From the IMG/VR virus record IMGVR_UViG_3300027845_000007, positions 1-35,153 of that record: a DNA stretch of 35,153 nucleotides; one strand, given 5' to 3'. The notes beneath the pieces are model-generated. The model searched no databases, was not told the DNA's origin, and worked only from the letters and a program-made list of their open reading frames with translations. The stretch comes from a virus (lineage: Duplodnaviria > Caudoviricetes). The position numbers were made by a program, and so were the translations under genes. Positions 9,220 to 19,021 of the stretch are shown one piece after another (position 1 is the first letter of the stretch; the number at the start of each line of letters is the position of its first letter).

Positions 9220-9672
9220 ATGGAAATCGAACAACTTATTCCGGAGTCCGTCGATTGGACACCAAAATTCAAAGATGAAAACAACGACGAAAAAGAAGTC
9301 ACGTTCACTTTTCGTCCGTTTAACTTGGAGGATGAGTCATGGTTGAAACGAACTTATGGCGAAAAACAACTTCAAGAGATCTTCGAAAATCTTCAAATGG
9401 AAAAGATTGTTCGAATTGCTTTTCGTCAACTTGACACGAACTCGAAGAGAGAACTTATGAAGATCAAGTTCATTGATATTGATGAGGACGGAAATGAAAT
9501 CGAGATCGCGGCGAAAGGCCCGGATAAGCTCGGTTGTTTTGTCGTGGGATATCCGGATCAATTGGAACTTATGAAAAAACTTTTAAGAACGAGAGGGATT
9601 TCAATGCCTATATTGGAGGCGTTGGGGGAGAAGATTCTCGAGGAGCAAAAGAAAAAAGCGGCGACAATTTAG
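9220..9672 (+). CDS. Tail assembly chaperone (gpG-like)
   Basis: GGAG RBS before ATG 9220; lies between tail tube and tape measure genes. Confidence 0.7.
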   Translation: MEIEQLIPESVDWTPKFKDENNDEKEVTFTFRPFNLEDESWLKRTYGEKQLQEIFENLQMEKIVRIAFRQLDTNSKRELMKIKFIDIDEDGNEIEIAAKGPDKLGCFVVGYPDQLELMKKLLRTRGISMPILEALGEKILEEQKKKAATI

Positions 9673-9980
9673 CACCTCGAGAGAAAACAAATTGGATTGA
9701 GATTTTCGATCTTGTCGCGAGTGAATACGGTTATACACTTGATGAGTTTAAAAACATGACTTATCGAACCTTGTTCGGAGCGATCGAAATGATAAACATA
9801 AGAAAACACAATTCTTATGCTCAAGCCGCCGCCCTTCAAGGCGTGAAAGTTGAAATAAAAAAGGTTCGGAGAGTGTTTGAAAAGCTCGAAGAAAAAACGA
9901 AAGATAAGATGATTGAGATTCATCAAGAGGCGATAAAACGGAAGGTCGCCGAAAAGAACAAAAAGAGAAAAAGGAAATAA
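9646..9980 (+). CDS. Tail assembly chaperone extension (gpGT-like), probably reached by a -1 frameshift
   Basis: Open -1 frame (9534..9980) overlaps the end of the chaperone; A-rich CAAAAGAAAAAAG just before the TAG; EYGYTLDEF..MT pattern; no convincing RBS of its own. Confidence 0.62.
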
Positions 9981-9984
9981 GGAT

Positions 9985-12444
9985 ATGGCCTCAAATCTAA
10001 TTGTAAAAATTTCGGGAGATTCGAAACAACTCGCGGCCGAATATAAAAAGGTCGCGAAACAAACCGAAGATCTCGAGAATCAAATCGGAACCGCAACAAA
10101 GGCCGCGGCCGCCGGATTCATTGGATTCGCCGGAGCGATCGGCCTGGCCGCATCAAAGGCCGCGAGTCTCGAAACAATTGGAGTTCAATTTGAGGTTCTC
10201 ACGGGTTCCGCCGAAAAAGGAAAAAAGGCGGTCGAAGATCTCACGAATTTCGCCGCAAAAACTCCTTTTCAATTCGAAGGAATCGCCGCCGCCGGACAAA
10301 AACTTCTCGGTTTTCAAGTTCAACTTGAAGATCTCGAACCGACTCTCCAAAGAATCGGAGACGTGTCCGCCGCAACGGGGAACGATCTCGGGGAAATGAG
10401 TCTTGTTTTTGGAAAAGTAAAAGCCGCCGGAAAATTGACCGGGGAAACTCTTCTCCAATTTCAAGAAAAAGCCGTCCCAATTGGGCCCGCTCTCGCGAAG
10501 TCGATGGGCGTCGCCGAAGAGTCAATCAAGGATCTTGTTTCGAAGGGACAAGTCGATTTCGCAACGTTTGAAAAGGCGTTCGCATCAATGAGTGAAAAAG
10601 GAGGAACGGCGTTTGAAGGTATGGCGAAAAGAAGTCAAACTCTCGAAGGTGTTCTCTCAACTTTAAGTGATAATTTTGGACTTCTCGCCGCCGATATCGG
10701 GAAACATTTCCTCCCGGTTCTTAAAGTTATGGCCGAAGGACTCACGAAACTTATTCAATTTTTACGAGACAATCCGGTTTTCGCCTCAATGAGCGCGAAG
10801 GTTCTCGCTCTCGGGGCCGTGATGAGCGGACTCGTTACCGTGATTGGGGCCGGAGCATTGGCATTTTTTAAGATCCGCGCCGCGATCCTGGCCGCGAATA
10901 TTGCAACAAAGACTCTTTCAATTGGAGTGAAAGGACTTGTCGGGGCGACCGGACTCGGACTTCTCTTGATTGTCGCGTCGGAAATTTATGCAAATTGGGA
11001 CAAGATATGGCCGCTTATGGAGGGTTCCGTCATGGGATTCGCGGACGGAACGATCAAATGGTTCAACGTTGTGAAAACCGCGATCGCCTCTTTCCTTGGA
11101 GTCGTGAAAGATTTCGTCGTTGCTTATGCGATGCTATGGAAATCGGCCTTGACGTTTGACTTCGATGGCATAAAAGAAAACTTAAATAAATTAAAAGACA
11201 CTCTTGTCAATTCGGCGTCAAAGATTTCCGAAGATATTCAAAAGGAAATGGAAAAACAAGACAAGATCATTGAATTGAAAGTTGAAACTCGTCGATCGGA
11301 AAAAGCCGAAAAGGGAGGAGACGCGAAAGACGACTCCGCAACGAAAACGGTCGAGAATGAAAAGAAGAAAACCGCCGCCGTTGATGCGGAAACAAAGAAG
11401 AGAATCGCCTCTCTTCAAAATGAACAAGCAATCCTCCAGGCCCAAGCGGACGGAGCGTCCGCGAAACAAATTGAGTTCATAAAGAGACGACAAGAACTCG
11501 ACGATGAGGCGAGAGAGATTGATCAAATTAAAAATGAAGAGGAGCGAGAACTCGCCCTTGAAAATATGAGGATAAAAGAAGAGGAACTCACGACGGAAAA
11601 ACTCGAGGGAGTTGAAAGACGCCGTGAACTCGAGGCGGAAATTCGAGAGGGAGATCTTGAGATCGCCGAAGAACTCGACGCCCTCGACAAAGAGAATCGA
11701 ACGGCGAAAGACGCCGAAGAACTCGAGGCATTGAGAGCGTCCTTATTGACGAAAAAAGAGGCGAGAGACGCCGTTCAAAGAGATAAACTCAAAAAGGATA
11801 TTGCGACTCGAAATCAATTCTTAAAAGATGAAATCAAACACGGAAAAGCCGTCGCGAATATCAATAAATTTTTACAATCCGAAGAGGTCAAAGGAGTTGA
11901 ACAAGGAACCGCTCAACTCGTCAAACTTCAAAATTCGAAAAACAATACTTTAAAAGGAATCGGAAAAGCCGCGGCCGTGACTCAAATCACGCTCGACACG
12001 GCGAAAGGCGCGATGAGTGCTTATTCCGGATTCGCGACGATTCCGATTGTCGGAGTCGCGCTCGGGATCGCCGCCGCGGCCGGAGTTATTGCTTATGGGG
12101 CCGAACAAATTGGATCGGTTCTTTCGGCGAATCGTGGTGGTATGGTTCCGCGAAACCTGGGAATCCCGGGACAAGATTCCGTTTCGGCGTCATTGACTCC
12201 GGGAGAGTTGATTGTCCCCGAACAAAACTTCGACGAGGTTGTGAACTCCGTCGCGGATTCAAGACGAGGAAACAACGACGGAGGCGGAACTCAAGGAACC
12301 GCCGGGGCCGTTGGTTCTTCAAGTGTTTTTAATATAAACGGGGACGTCCTGGCCGACGAAGTATTCATCGACCGACTTATCGACGGACTCAACGAGGCGG
12401 TCGAAGAACGAAACGCGACCTTGTCCGCGACGGCCCTCGTATAA
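9985..12444 (+). CDS. Tape measure protein
   Basis: 819 aa, Ala/Gly-rich helical; FAAKTPFQ, IGDVSAA, SQTLEG.LSTL.DN tape-measure motifs; C-terminal GG.VP...G.DSV.A.LTPGE. Confidence 0.92.
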   Translation: MASNLIVKISGDSKQLAAEYKKVAKQTEDLENQIGTATKAAAAGFIGFAGAIGLAASKAASLETIGVQFEVLTGSAEKGKKAVEDLTNFAAKTPFQFEGIAAAGQKLLGFQVQLEDLEPTLQRIGDVSAATGNDLGEMSLVFGKVKAAGKLTGETLLQFQEKAVPIGPALAKSMGVAEESIKDLVSKGQVDFATFEKAFASMSEKGGTAFEGMAKRSQTLEGVLSTLSDNFGLLAADIGKHFLPVLKVMAEGLTKLIQFLRDNPVFASMSAKVLALGAVMSGLVTVIGAGALAFFKIRAAILAANIATKTLSIGVKGLVGATGLGLLLIVASEIYANWDKIWPLMEGSVMGFADGTIKWFNVVKTAIASFLGVVKDFVVAYAMLWKSALTFDFDGIKENLNKLKDTLVNSASKISEDIQKEMEKQDKIIELKVETRRSEKAEKGGDAKDDSATKTVENEKKKTAAVDAETKKRIASLQNEQAILQAQADGASAKQIEFIKRRQELDDEAREIDQIKNEEERELALENMRIKEEELTTEKLEGVERRRELEAEIREGDLEIAEELDALDKENRTAKDAEELEALRASLLTKKEARDAVQRDKLKKDIATRNQFLKDEIKHGKAVANINKFLQSEEVKGVEQGTAQLVKLQNSKNNTLKGIGKAAAVTQITLDTAKGAMSAYSGFATIPIVGVALGIAAAAGVIAYGAEQIGSVLSANRGGMVPRNLGIPGQDSVSASLTPGELIVPEQNFDEVVNSVADSRRGNNDGGGTQGTAGAVGSSSVFNINGDVLADEVFIDRLIDGLNEAVEERNATLSATALV

Positions 12445-12453
12445 GGAGAGAGA

Positions 12454-13032
12454 ATGAGTTTTCCAATCCCGAAAATACAATGGGGAAATACAACGGTTTC
12501 GGGAGTGACTTCTCTCGGGGCGAACGATATCAATTTCATTGCGGACACTTCAAGTCTTAAGCTTGGAATGACGATTGATGATCCCGAGTTCCCGGAAGGG
12601 ACAACGATTATCACGATCAACGCGAATCAAATATTTTTATCAAACAACGCGACGGCCTCAAGTTCGGGGCCTCGATCATTTTTGTTTGAGTTCTTGTTTC
12701 GATATCCTTCAATTATTGACGACGGAGAACAACTCCTCCCAAAACGGAGAGTGAGAACCGCGATATCCGGAGTTGATCAAGTCTCGGTTGATCATATAAA
12801 ATACGAGAGAGAAGTTGAGTTCGGACACTTGACCGAAGATGAAATCGACACTTTAAAGAATGATTTTTTTCGAGATCATGCAATTTATGGTTTTGAATTT
12901 TTATTCTTTCCGGATCAAAACACAACGGAAAGTTTTTTATATGAACTTATGAAAGGGAAATTCGAACCGGAAAGACTCGGGAACTCCGACAAATTCAGTT
13001 TCAAAACAACTTTTAAAAGGATTGAATTTTAA
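12454..13032 (+). CDS. Putative distal tail (Dit-like) protein
   Basis: Directly after the tape measure gene; includes a PEGTTII.I....I.LSNNATA beta segment. Confidence 0.55.
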   Translation: MSFPIPKIQWGNTTVSGVTSLGANDINFIADTSSLKLGMTIDDPEFPEGTTIITINANQIFLSNNATASSSGPRSFLFEFLFRYPSIIDDGEQLLPKRRVRTAISGVDQVSVDHIKYEREVEFGHLTEDEIDTLKNDFFRDHAIYGFEFLFFPDQNTTESFLYELMKGKFEPERLGNSDKFSFKTTFKRIEF

Positions 13033-14873
13033 TGACAACTTATATCGATGAGGTTGAATCAAAAAAGAAGTTCGTCGGGAACGTTATAATCCTTTTAAAA
13101 GGAGAATATTTTTCAATCCGTCAACCGGACTCGGGACTTGTCGTTCCCGTGAACAACAACGGTTCCGTGATTTCACTCACGGTCAATCCTTCAAAGGTTG
13201 ATCTCAAAAAAGCGAATACGACAATCAATTCATATTCATTTCGAATCAATGATAAAAACCTCGTAATATCTCAACTTTTAAAGGACAACTCGAAACTCCT
13301 TATTGATGAGGAGGTTCGAATCTTTTTAGGGAGAACCGGAGTCTCAATGGACTTCGCGGATTATTTTGAACTCCCGACCGTGAAAGTTAAAAAATTGAAA
13401 CACGCCGATATTTCATTCAACTTTTCGGCGGTTGATTCAATCGATCGAATGAACAAAGATTTTTTCTCAATTTCAACAACTCTTCAAGCGAATATTTTGA
13501 ACAATACAACGACGTTTCAACTTGGAGACGTCGAGAACTTTCCGGACGCCGGATTCGGTTTTCTTGATGAGGAGTTCGTTTCTTGGACGGGGCGAGACGT
13601 TGGACTCAATCAAATTTCGGGCGTTGTTCGCGGCGAGTTTGGAACGGTTCCGGCGGCCCATGATTTCGGGACTCAATTTTTCAACGTTGACGAGGTTGAG
13701 GAAAATCCGATCACGGCGTTGTTGCAATTCTTGACGTCAACGGGAACCGCAACGAACGGGCCTTATGACGTTTTATCCGATGGCCTGGCCATTGATCAAG
13801 GATTGATTGACGTCGCGGAAATGGAGGGAATAAGGGACGATTTTTTCACTCTCCAAACCTTTAATTTTAAGATGTATAACACCGGAAACGCTCTCAAGTT
13901 CTTCGAAAAGGAAGTTCTCGGGGCGACGAATACTCGTTTTATTGTGAACGAGAATCAAAAAATCTCCCTGGCCGTATTGGATCAAGCCGGATTTGATGAG
14001 GGATCGGACAATCCTCTCGGAGAAACTTCGATTTCGAAATATCCGAAATGGGACGTGAACGTCAAAAACGTTGTTTCATCAATTCAAATCGAATACGACT
14101 TCAATGACGGGACAAATAAATATGAACAAATAAAAACGTTCACAACGGCCCTCGATGAGAACGACACCGTGATCGTCGAAAAACCTTTGAAGATAAAATA
14201 TAAAGCAATCCGGGAGAGTCTCGGAGGAAATGCAATTGTTCAAGAGATCGGACAAAGATATCTCGCGAGATTCGAAACACCGACTCCCGAAATCCAGGTT
14301 CGCTCTCATATCGACAAATCACTTTTAAACGTCGGAGATAAGGTTCTCTTGACCTCTTCTCAAATCCCGAACGCGTCGGGTTCTTTGACCTTCGCGGACA
14401 CTCTTGAAGTAATCTCAAGGGCCCTCAATCATATAACCGGGGACGTGACCTTCAAACTTCAATATACTTCATACGCCGGGATTCGCGGAGCTTATATCGC
14501 CCCTTGTACTTCGATTGTCGGAGTTCAATCTCAACAAGCGTTTGAATTTCCGGCCGGACGTGCGGCGGAATACGAGATCGGATGGAAAGTCCGGTTGTGG
14601 GATATGACGGTCGAGGTTGATTATGGAGGGGAACTCTTCGTTGTCGGAGCTTATACGGGCGACGGAGTGAGAACGATTGTTGATATTGACGTCGCGAATG
14701 ATATAATTTTCATCGACTCGCCTTTCACAACGATATTGAATGACACCGACTTCGCGATCCGGTTCGCGACTTATGACGAAGTGAACTCGAGTCAAAAAAA
14801 GTTCGCCTTTGTTGGTGAAACAACCGGAGGCGACTTCGACGACGGAGCGTCCGCCTATAAAATAGGACTTTAA
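13032..14873 (+). CDS. Putative tail hub/tip protein
   Basis: 613-aa beta-rich protein with RGEFGT.PAAH and L.VGD.V motifs typical of siphovirus tip proteins; synteny. Confidence 0.65.
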   Translation: MTTYIDEVESKKKFVGNVIILLKGEYFSIRQPDSGLVVPVNNNGSVISLTVNPSKVDLKKANTTINSYSFRINDKNLVISQLLKDNSKLLIDEEVRIFLGRTGVSMDFADYFELPTVKVKKLKHADISFNFSAVDSIDRMNKDFFSISTTLQANILNNTTTFQLGDVENFPDAGFGFLDEEFVSWTGRDVGLNQISGVVRGEFGTVPAAHDFGTQFFNVDEVEENPITALLQFLTSTGTATNGPYDVLSDGLAIDQGLIDVAEMEGIRDDFFTLQTFNFKMYNTGNALKFFEKEVLGATNTRFIVNENQKISLAVLDQAGFDEGSDNPLGETSISKYPKWDVNVKNVVSSIQIEYDFNDGTNKYEQIKTFTTALDENDTVIVEKPLKIKYKAIRESLGGNAIVQEIGQRYLARFETPTPEIQVRSHIDKSLLNVGDKVLLTSSQIPNASGSLTFADTLEVISRALNHITGDVTFKLQYTSYAGIRGAYIAPCTSIVGVQSQQAFEFPAGRAAEYEIGWKVRLWDMTVEVDYGGELFVVGAYTGDGVRTIVDIDVANDIIFIDSPFTTILNDTDFAIRFATYDEVNSSQKKFAFVGETTGGDFDDGASAYKIGL

Positions 14874-14884
14874 GGAGAATATAT

Positions 14885-16597
14885 ATGGCTTTTAATCCAC
14901 TTGATCCAAGCGAAACGGAGTTCAAAGCTCCGATTGATGAAACACTTATGGAGAAAATTCGAACGAACTTCGACGATCACGAATCGAGGATCGGAGGAGG
15001 AGGAGGCGGCGGCGGCGGCGCGATTCAATTTAAAGTGAACGGCGGTCTTGTCAAACTCGCCTCGCTCCTTGGATCAAATCCGGAGTATGGAGAAAAGCTC
15101 GACGGGGCCCATGTTACGGCCGGACAATCTTTCACTCGAGTTCGCGCTTATCTTAAAAAGAACGGCGACAACGGATCGACAAGGTTTGATTTGAGGAGAC
15201 ACTTGAGAGTCAATCATCCGATCACTTTTATAAACCCTCAACTCGATCGACTTATTCAATCGGTCGGGAGACTCGGTTCTCCTCTCGCGACTCAAGCCGT
15301 GACGAAAAGAACTCCTCAAATTTCAACTCAACTTATAAATCGCGCGAAAGGATCTCAAACAATCGAATCGTGTATAAACCTTGGAGACGGAACCGTTCGA
15401 TATAATATCACGGGAGGAGTTGTCCTTGATGCGGATTGGATTGTCGGAAAAAAAGTCAAAATCGCGTCAATGGCGAACGGCGGAAATAACGGGGAGTTCA
15501 CAATTGTCGAATCGAATCCGGAAGGATATCCGGCGATTATCGTCACGAACGGTTCGGGAGTTGATGAAACCGGGGCGACCGGATCTCTCAATCTTCAAAT
15601 GTTCGAATATGTATTCACGAACCCGATTGACGTTCAAGGATTCAAGATCGGAGAGATCGCTCGATTCGCCTCTCATGCGAACGGAAACAATAACGGAGAT
15701 CTCGAAATCATTCGATTGAATGACGGCGGAAATAATTTAATTGTTTATAATAACACGGCCGGAGCGGACGCGGACGGGGCCCCTTCGGGAACGTGCGATT
15801 CTCTTCGTATGGTATATACTTTCGCCGCCCCGGTTGACGACACGGCCTATATAATTGGAGAGTTCGCTTTTTTTACTGGCCATACTTCCGGGAATAATAA
15901 CGGCGATTTTGAAGTTCGAGAAGTGAACGAGGCCGGAAATAATTTGATCGTGACGAACTCAAACACGTTGACCGTTCAAGGCGGTTCCGGAGGAACGGCG
16001 AATTGTCCGCGTTGGATTTATGCGGTCAACACCGATCCGACTCCGGATATTGACGTCGGAGACAACGTTGTTTTTTCCGGAATGAGTTCGGGCGCGAATG
16101 ACGGACAATTTGAAGTGAAAGAACTCAATCGTTTCGCCCTCAATAATATAATTGTTTATAATACGGCCGGAGTCACTCAAGGCGGCGCGGCCGGACAAGT
16201 TGAATCGGAGAGAGTTGTCGTCGGTTTCGACGTCGATCATTCGGCCGATTATGATATCACTCGTTCATTCGCGCTTTTAAAAGGGTTCGTCAATGGAGGA
16301 AACAACGGATCTTTCGAGGTTGTTGAAACGAATCGAGGAGGAGGAGCGGCGACGAATATCGTTGTTCTTAATACGGCCGCCGTCGAGGAAGATATCCCGA
16401 TCGGTCACGTTGACCTTGAAACGAGATCCTTATTCAACGAACCTCTCCCGGAAATCCCAACCGGAGAGGACGTCGTTTTCGCCGGAGCGTCCGCCGTATT
16501 CAATGCGGCGACGGTTGAAACCGATGCAATGATCACTCTTGATATATTAGAACTTCCGGACGGACTTCCGGAGGACTTCTCGGTTGATTTAAGTTAA
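14885..16597 (+). CDS. Tail fibre/receptor-binding protein with five internal repeats
   Basis: N-terminal IRTNFDDHESRI, a Gly9 linker and five ~70-aa repeats containing G....F.G..NG.NNG.F.V. Confidence 0.7.
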   Translation: MAFNPLDPSETEFKAPIDETLMEKIRTNFDDHESRIGGGGGGGGGAIQFKVNGGLVKLASLLGSNPEYGEKLDGAHVTAGQSFTRVRAYLKKNGDNGSTRFDLRRHLRVNHPITFINPQLDRLIQSVGRLGSPLATQAVTKRTPQISTQLINRAKGSQTIESCINLGDGTVRYNITGGVVLDADWIVGKKVKIASMANGGNNGEFTIVESNPEGYPAIIVTNGSGVDETGATGSLNLQMFEYVFTNPIDVQGFKIGEIARFASHANGNNNGDLEIIRLNDGGNNLIVYNNTAGADADGAPSGTCDSLRMVYTFAAPVDDTAYIIGEFAFFTGHTSGNNNGDFEVREVNEAGNNLIVTNSNTLTVQGGSGGTANCPRWIYAVNTDPTPDIDVGDNVVFSGMSSGANDGQFEVKELNRFALNNIIVYNTAGVTQGGAAGQVESERVVVGFDVDHSADYDITRSFALLKGFVNGGNNGSFEVVETNRGGGAATNIVVLNTAAVEEDIPIGHVDLETRSLFNEPLPEIPTGEDVVFAGASAVFNAATVETDAMITLDILELPDGLPEDFSVDLS

Positions 16598-16618
16598 ACT
16601 TTTTAAAGGAGAAAAAAT

Positions 16619-17098
16619 ATGACAACACTTGCAAGCTCATCCCTTCCGGTTCCCGAACAAGTAATCGTCGGAACGGGTTCTTATACGATCCCGGTCAATC
16701 GATATGCTTATGCGAATTTAACAAGCACCGTCACTTGGGCCGGACAAGATGCCTCGAATTTGAACGTGAATAGTTTGATGAGTCTCGGGACGTCCTCAAC
16801 CGCGAATAAGGGAGGTCAATGGCTTGTCGCCGGAAACACTCTTTCAACCTCGAACTCCTTTCCAACGGATCAAATGACTTATGCCGGAAACGTCGGAGCG
16901 ACCGGGGGACAATATGCTTATGCGAGAGTCCTTATAAATGGGACTGATAATTGCGCAAGTTGGGCCGGTTGTTCAAGTTTCAATCGAGGAACCTCAACAA
17001 GTACGGTCTTAAGATCAACCGGGGCCGCCGGATGGAGCGCGTCTCTTTATAGAATACCGAAGGGGAACCTTCCAAGCGGCGCGGCCGAAGGAGAATAA
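16619..17098 (+). CDS. Putative tail fibre-associated protein
   Basis: Strong RBS AAGGAG; Ser/Thr/Gly-rich beta protein, GTGSYTIP motif. Confidence 0.55.
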   Translation: MTTLASSSLPVPEQVIVGTGSYTIPVNRYAYANLTSTVTWAGQDASNLNVNSLMSLGTSSTANKGGQWLVAGNTLSTSNSFPTDQMTYAGNVGATGGQYAYARVLINGTDNCASWAGCSSFNRGTSTSTVLRSTGAAGWSASLYRIPKGNLPSGAAEGE

Positions 17099-17100
17099 AA

Positions 17101-17511
17101 ATGTTCAAACTTGAAGTAATAAAACTAAATGATGAGATTGAAAATATTTATAATATGAATATTGATGAGGATGATTTTATTCGTTTCATTCCCGGTCAAT
17201 ATGGAGTCGCAAAAGAGAACGTGAAAGTTTTCACAATGGACGACTCGAAAAAAGATGAGCTTGAGGCTTATCTTAAATTGGGGCCCGAGTATATGCTCGA
17301 ACTCGGAGAGTCGGGAAAAATTAAAGTGATAAAAGTCACGGAGGTTTTGAATGAAACAACTCAAGCGATCGAGGAGTCAATTGAATTGATGGCCGAATAC
17401 GTTGGGACTCTTATTCAATGGCCATATATTGAAAACCTAGCAAAAGACAAAAAAGGGAACTTCATTCATTTTGAAGGACTCGAGTTTTTGGGGAACGGTC
17501 ACGAATTATGA
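17101..17511 (+). CDS. Hypothetical protein (acidic)
   Basis: RBS GGAG; part of a tightly packed operon. Confidence 0.6.
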   Translation: MFKLEVIKLNDEIENIYNMNIDEDDFIRFIPGQYGVAKENVKVFTMDDSKKDELEAYLKLGPEYMLELGESGKIKVIKVTEVLNETTQAIEESIELMAEYVGTLIQWPYIENLAKDKKGNFIHFEGLEFLGNGHEL

Positions 17512-17966
17512 TCGCGATAAAATATCTCCAAGGGATCGCCTTTCAATGGCCGGAGAAAATCCGAACGGGAGTTGATTCCCTCCCTCAATTCTTTGATGAG
17601 ATAATCACTCAAGGAGTTTACGATCAATTGATTCTCGATAATCAAGCGGCGTTTGATGCTTATAAATTGGAGAACGAAACAACTTCGGAGACGGGAAAGT
17701 TTCAAGTCCTTCGTGATTTTTGGCAAAAAAAAGCGGACGAACTCGCGGTTGAAAATATCGGAAAAGGAATCACGGCCGCCGGAAAATCGAAAGAAGTCGC
17801 GGACGCTTTTCGCGACGTCGTATATTATTTGAACGCGAACACTCCGACGGAGGCGTTGAACTCACTCGCCGCAATCACTCCGATCACGACGTTCCTTGAA
17901 CAATCAACGATCGATTCTCTTTCGGCGGATTTTGTTTCATTGATAGGAGAGTTATGGCCTCAATAA
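17508..17966 (+). CDS. Hypothetical protein (possible fibre assembly chaperone)
   Basis: ATGA overlap with the previous gene; position after the fibre genes. Confidence 0.55.
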   Translation: MIAIKYLQGIAFQWPEKIRTGVDSLPQFFDEIITQGVYDQLILDNQAAFDAYKLENETTSETGKFQVLRDFWQKKADELAVENIGKGITAAGKSKEVADAFRDVVYYLNANTPTEALNSLAAITPITTFLEQSTIDSLSADFVSLIGELWPQ

Positions 17967-18163
17967 AAAACGAAATTAAATACGCGCTTTATATTTTAAC
18001 TCTCGGAATCTCGTTGACCGTTTATGCTCATCAAAACTTCGCAACAAAAACCGAAGTGAGAGAGACTCGGGATATTATAAAAACCGAAGTGAAAGATCTT
18101 AAAAGAACGTTGAGAATAATTGATAAACGGATTTATGAAATTCATAAATTCTTAAAACCATAA
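17954..18163 (+). CDS. Small single-TM membrane protein (holin or antiholin candidate)
   Basis: RBS AGGAG; hydrophobic YALYILTLGISLTVYA followed by a basic coiled coil. Confidence 0.5.
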   Translation: MASIKNEIKYALYILTLGISLTVYAHQNFATKTEVRETRDIIKTEVKDLKRTLRIIDKRIYEIHKFLKP

Positions 18164-18175
18164 AGGAGAATTGAT

Positions 18176-18418
18176 ATGACTGAATTAAAAAAGGAAGTTG
18201 AGATCGGAAGTGAACTTGATTTTGAAGTTAAACTCGAGGACGGAAAAGCGATCATCGGTCTTGAACACGAAGGATCTCTCGGATTCGCAAAAGTTGAGGT
18301 CGGAGTTGACGCCGTGAAACTTGTTGATAAGTTGACGGATCTTATTCCGGGCGAAATGGACGACGCGATTCTTGATAATTGGGTCGCGAATCTTCTCGCG
18401 AAGAAAACGAACCCATAA
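18176..18418 (+). CDS. Hypothetical protein
   Basis: RBS AAGGAG; TAATG coupling to the next gene. Confidence 0.65.
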   Translation: MTELKKEVEIGSELDFEVKLEDGKAIIGLEHEGSLGFAKVEVGVDAVKLVDKLTDLIPGEMDDAILDNWVANLLAKKTNP

Positions 18419-18708
18419 TGAAAAGGGTTATTGAATATTCGAGAAGATTATTCGAGGCCATACGAGGGCGACTCATAAAGTTCGCCCTCCTTAAAATTTT
18501 CGGTCGAGTGATCGGCGGATTTTGGGGTTTTATTGCGACGGAAGTTCTCGGAAGGATAATCGATAAGATTATAAAGCCCGGTTATAAATGGGCCGTTCGG
18601 AAATTATACGTCGCATATCAAAAAACGAAGTTCAAGAAAAAAGCCGTCAAGGTTGAGGAGGCGAAAAATGAAAATGATTTTGATAATTCTTTCGACGATC
18701 TCCCTTAG
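18418..18708 (+). CDS. Membrane-associated protein (i-spanin candidate)
   Basis: ATG overlaps the previous stop; hydrophobic/amphipathic N-half; 3' end overlaps a lipoprotein gene. Confidence 0.5.
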   Translation: MKRVIEYSRRLFEAIRGRLIKFALLKIFGRVIGGFWGFIATEVLGRIIDKIIKPGYKWAVRKLYVAYQKTKFKKKAVKVEEAKNENDFDNSFDDLP

Positions 18709-19021
18709 TTCTTGTCAAAATATTCCGATAATGAAGGAACCGATCGAACGTTGTGGGATTTTTCTCGAACAACTTGGAGAGGACACGTTCACGGGAAAAT
18801 GCCGTTGTCATTTATATGAGATCACGCCGGATAATATCGGAAGGATTTCGGAGAGTGTCGATCACTCCTTGAAATATTGCGATCGTTTTGTCGCCTTTAA
18901 GGCGTCCGGATCTTGGACGGAACTTCGAACATGGTTCGAGGATCTTATGTTCTTATATAATCAAAACAAAAAGAAAATCAAAAAGGCCGAAAAGAAGGCC
19001 AGGAAAAAGGCCAGGAAATGA
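18668..19021 (+). CDS. Lipoprotein (o-spanin candidate)
   Basis: RBS GAGGAG; MKMILIILSTISLSS-C lipobox; several further Cys residues. Confidence 0.65.
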   Translation: MKMILIILSTISLSSCQNIPIMKEPIERCGIFLEQLGEDTFTGKCRCHLYEITPDNIGRISESVDHSLKYCDRFVAFKASGSWTELRTWFEDLMFLYNQNKKKIKKAEKKARKKARK

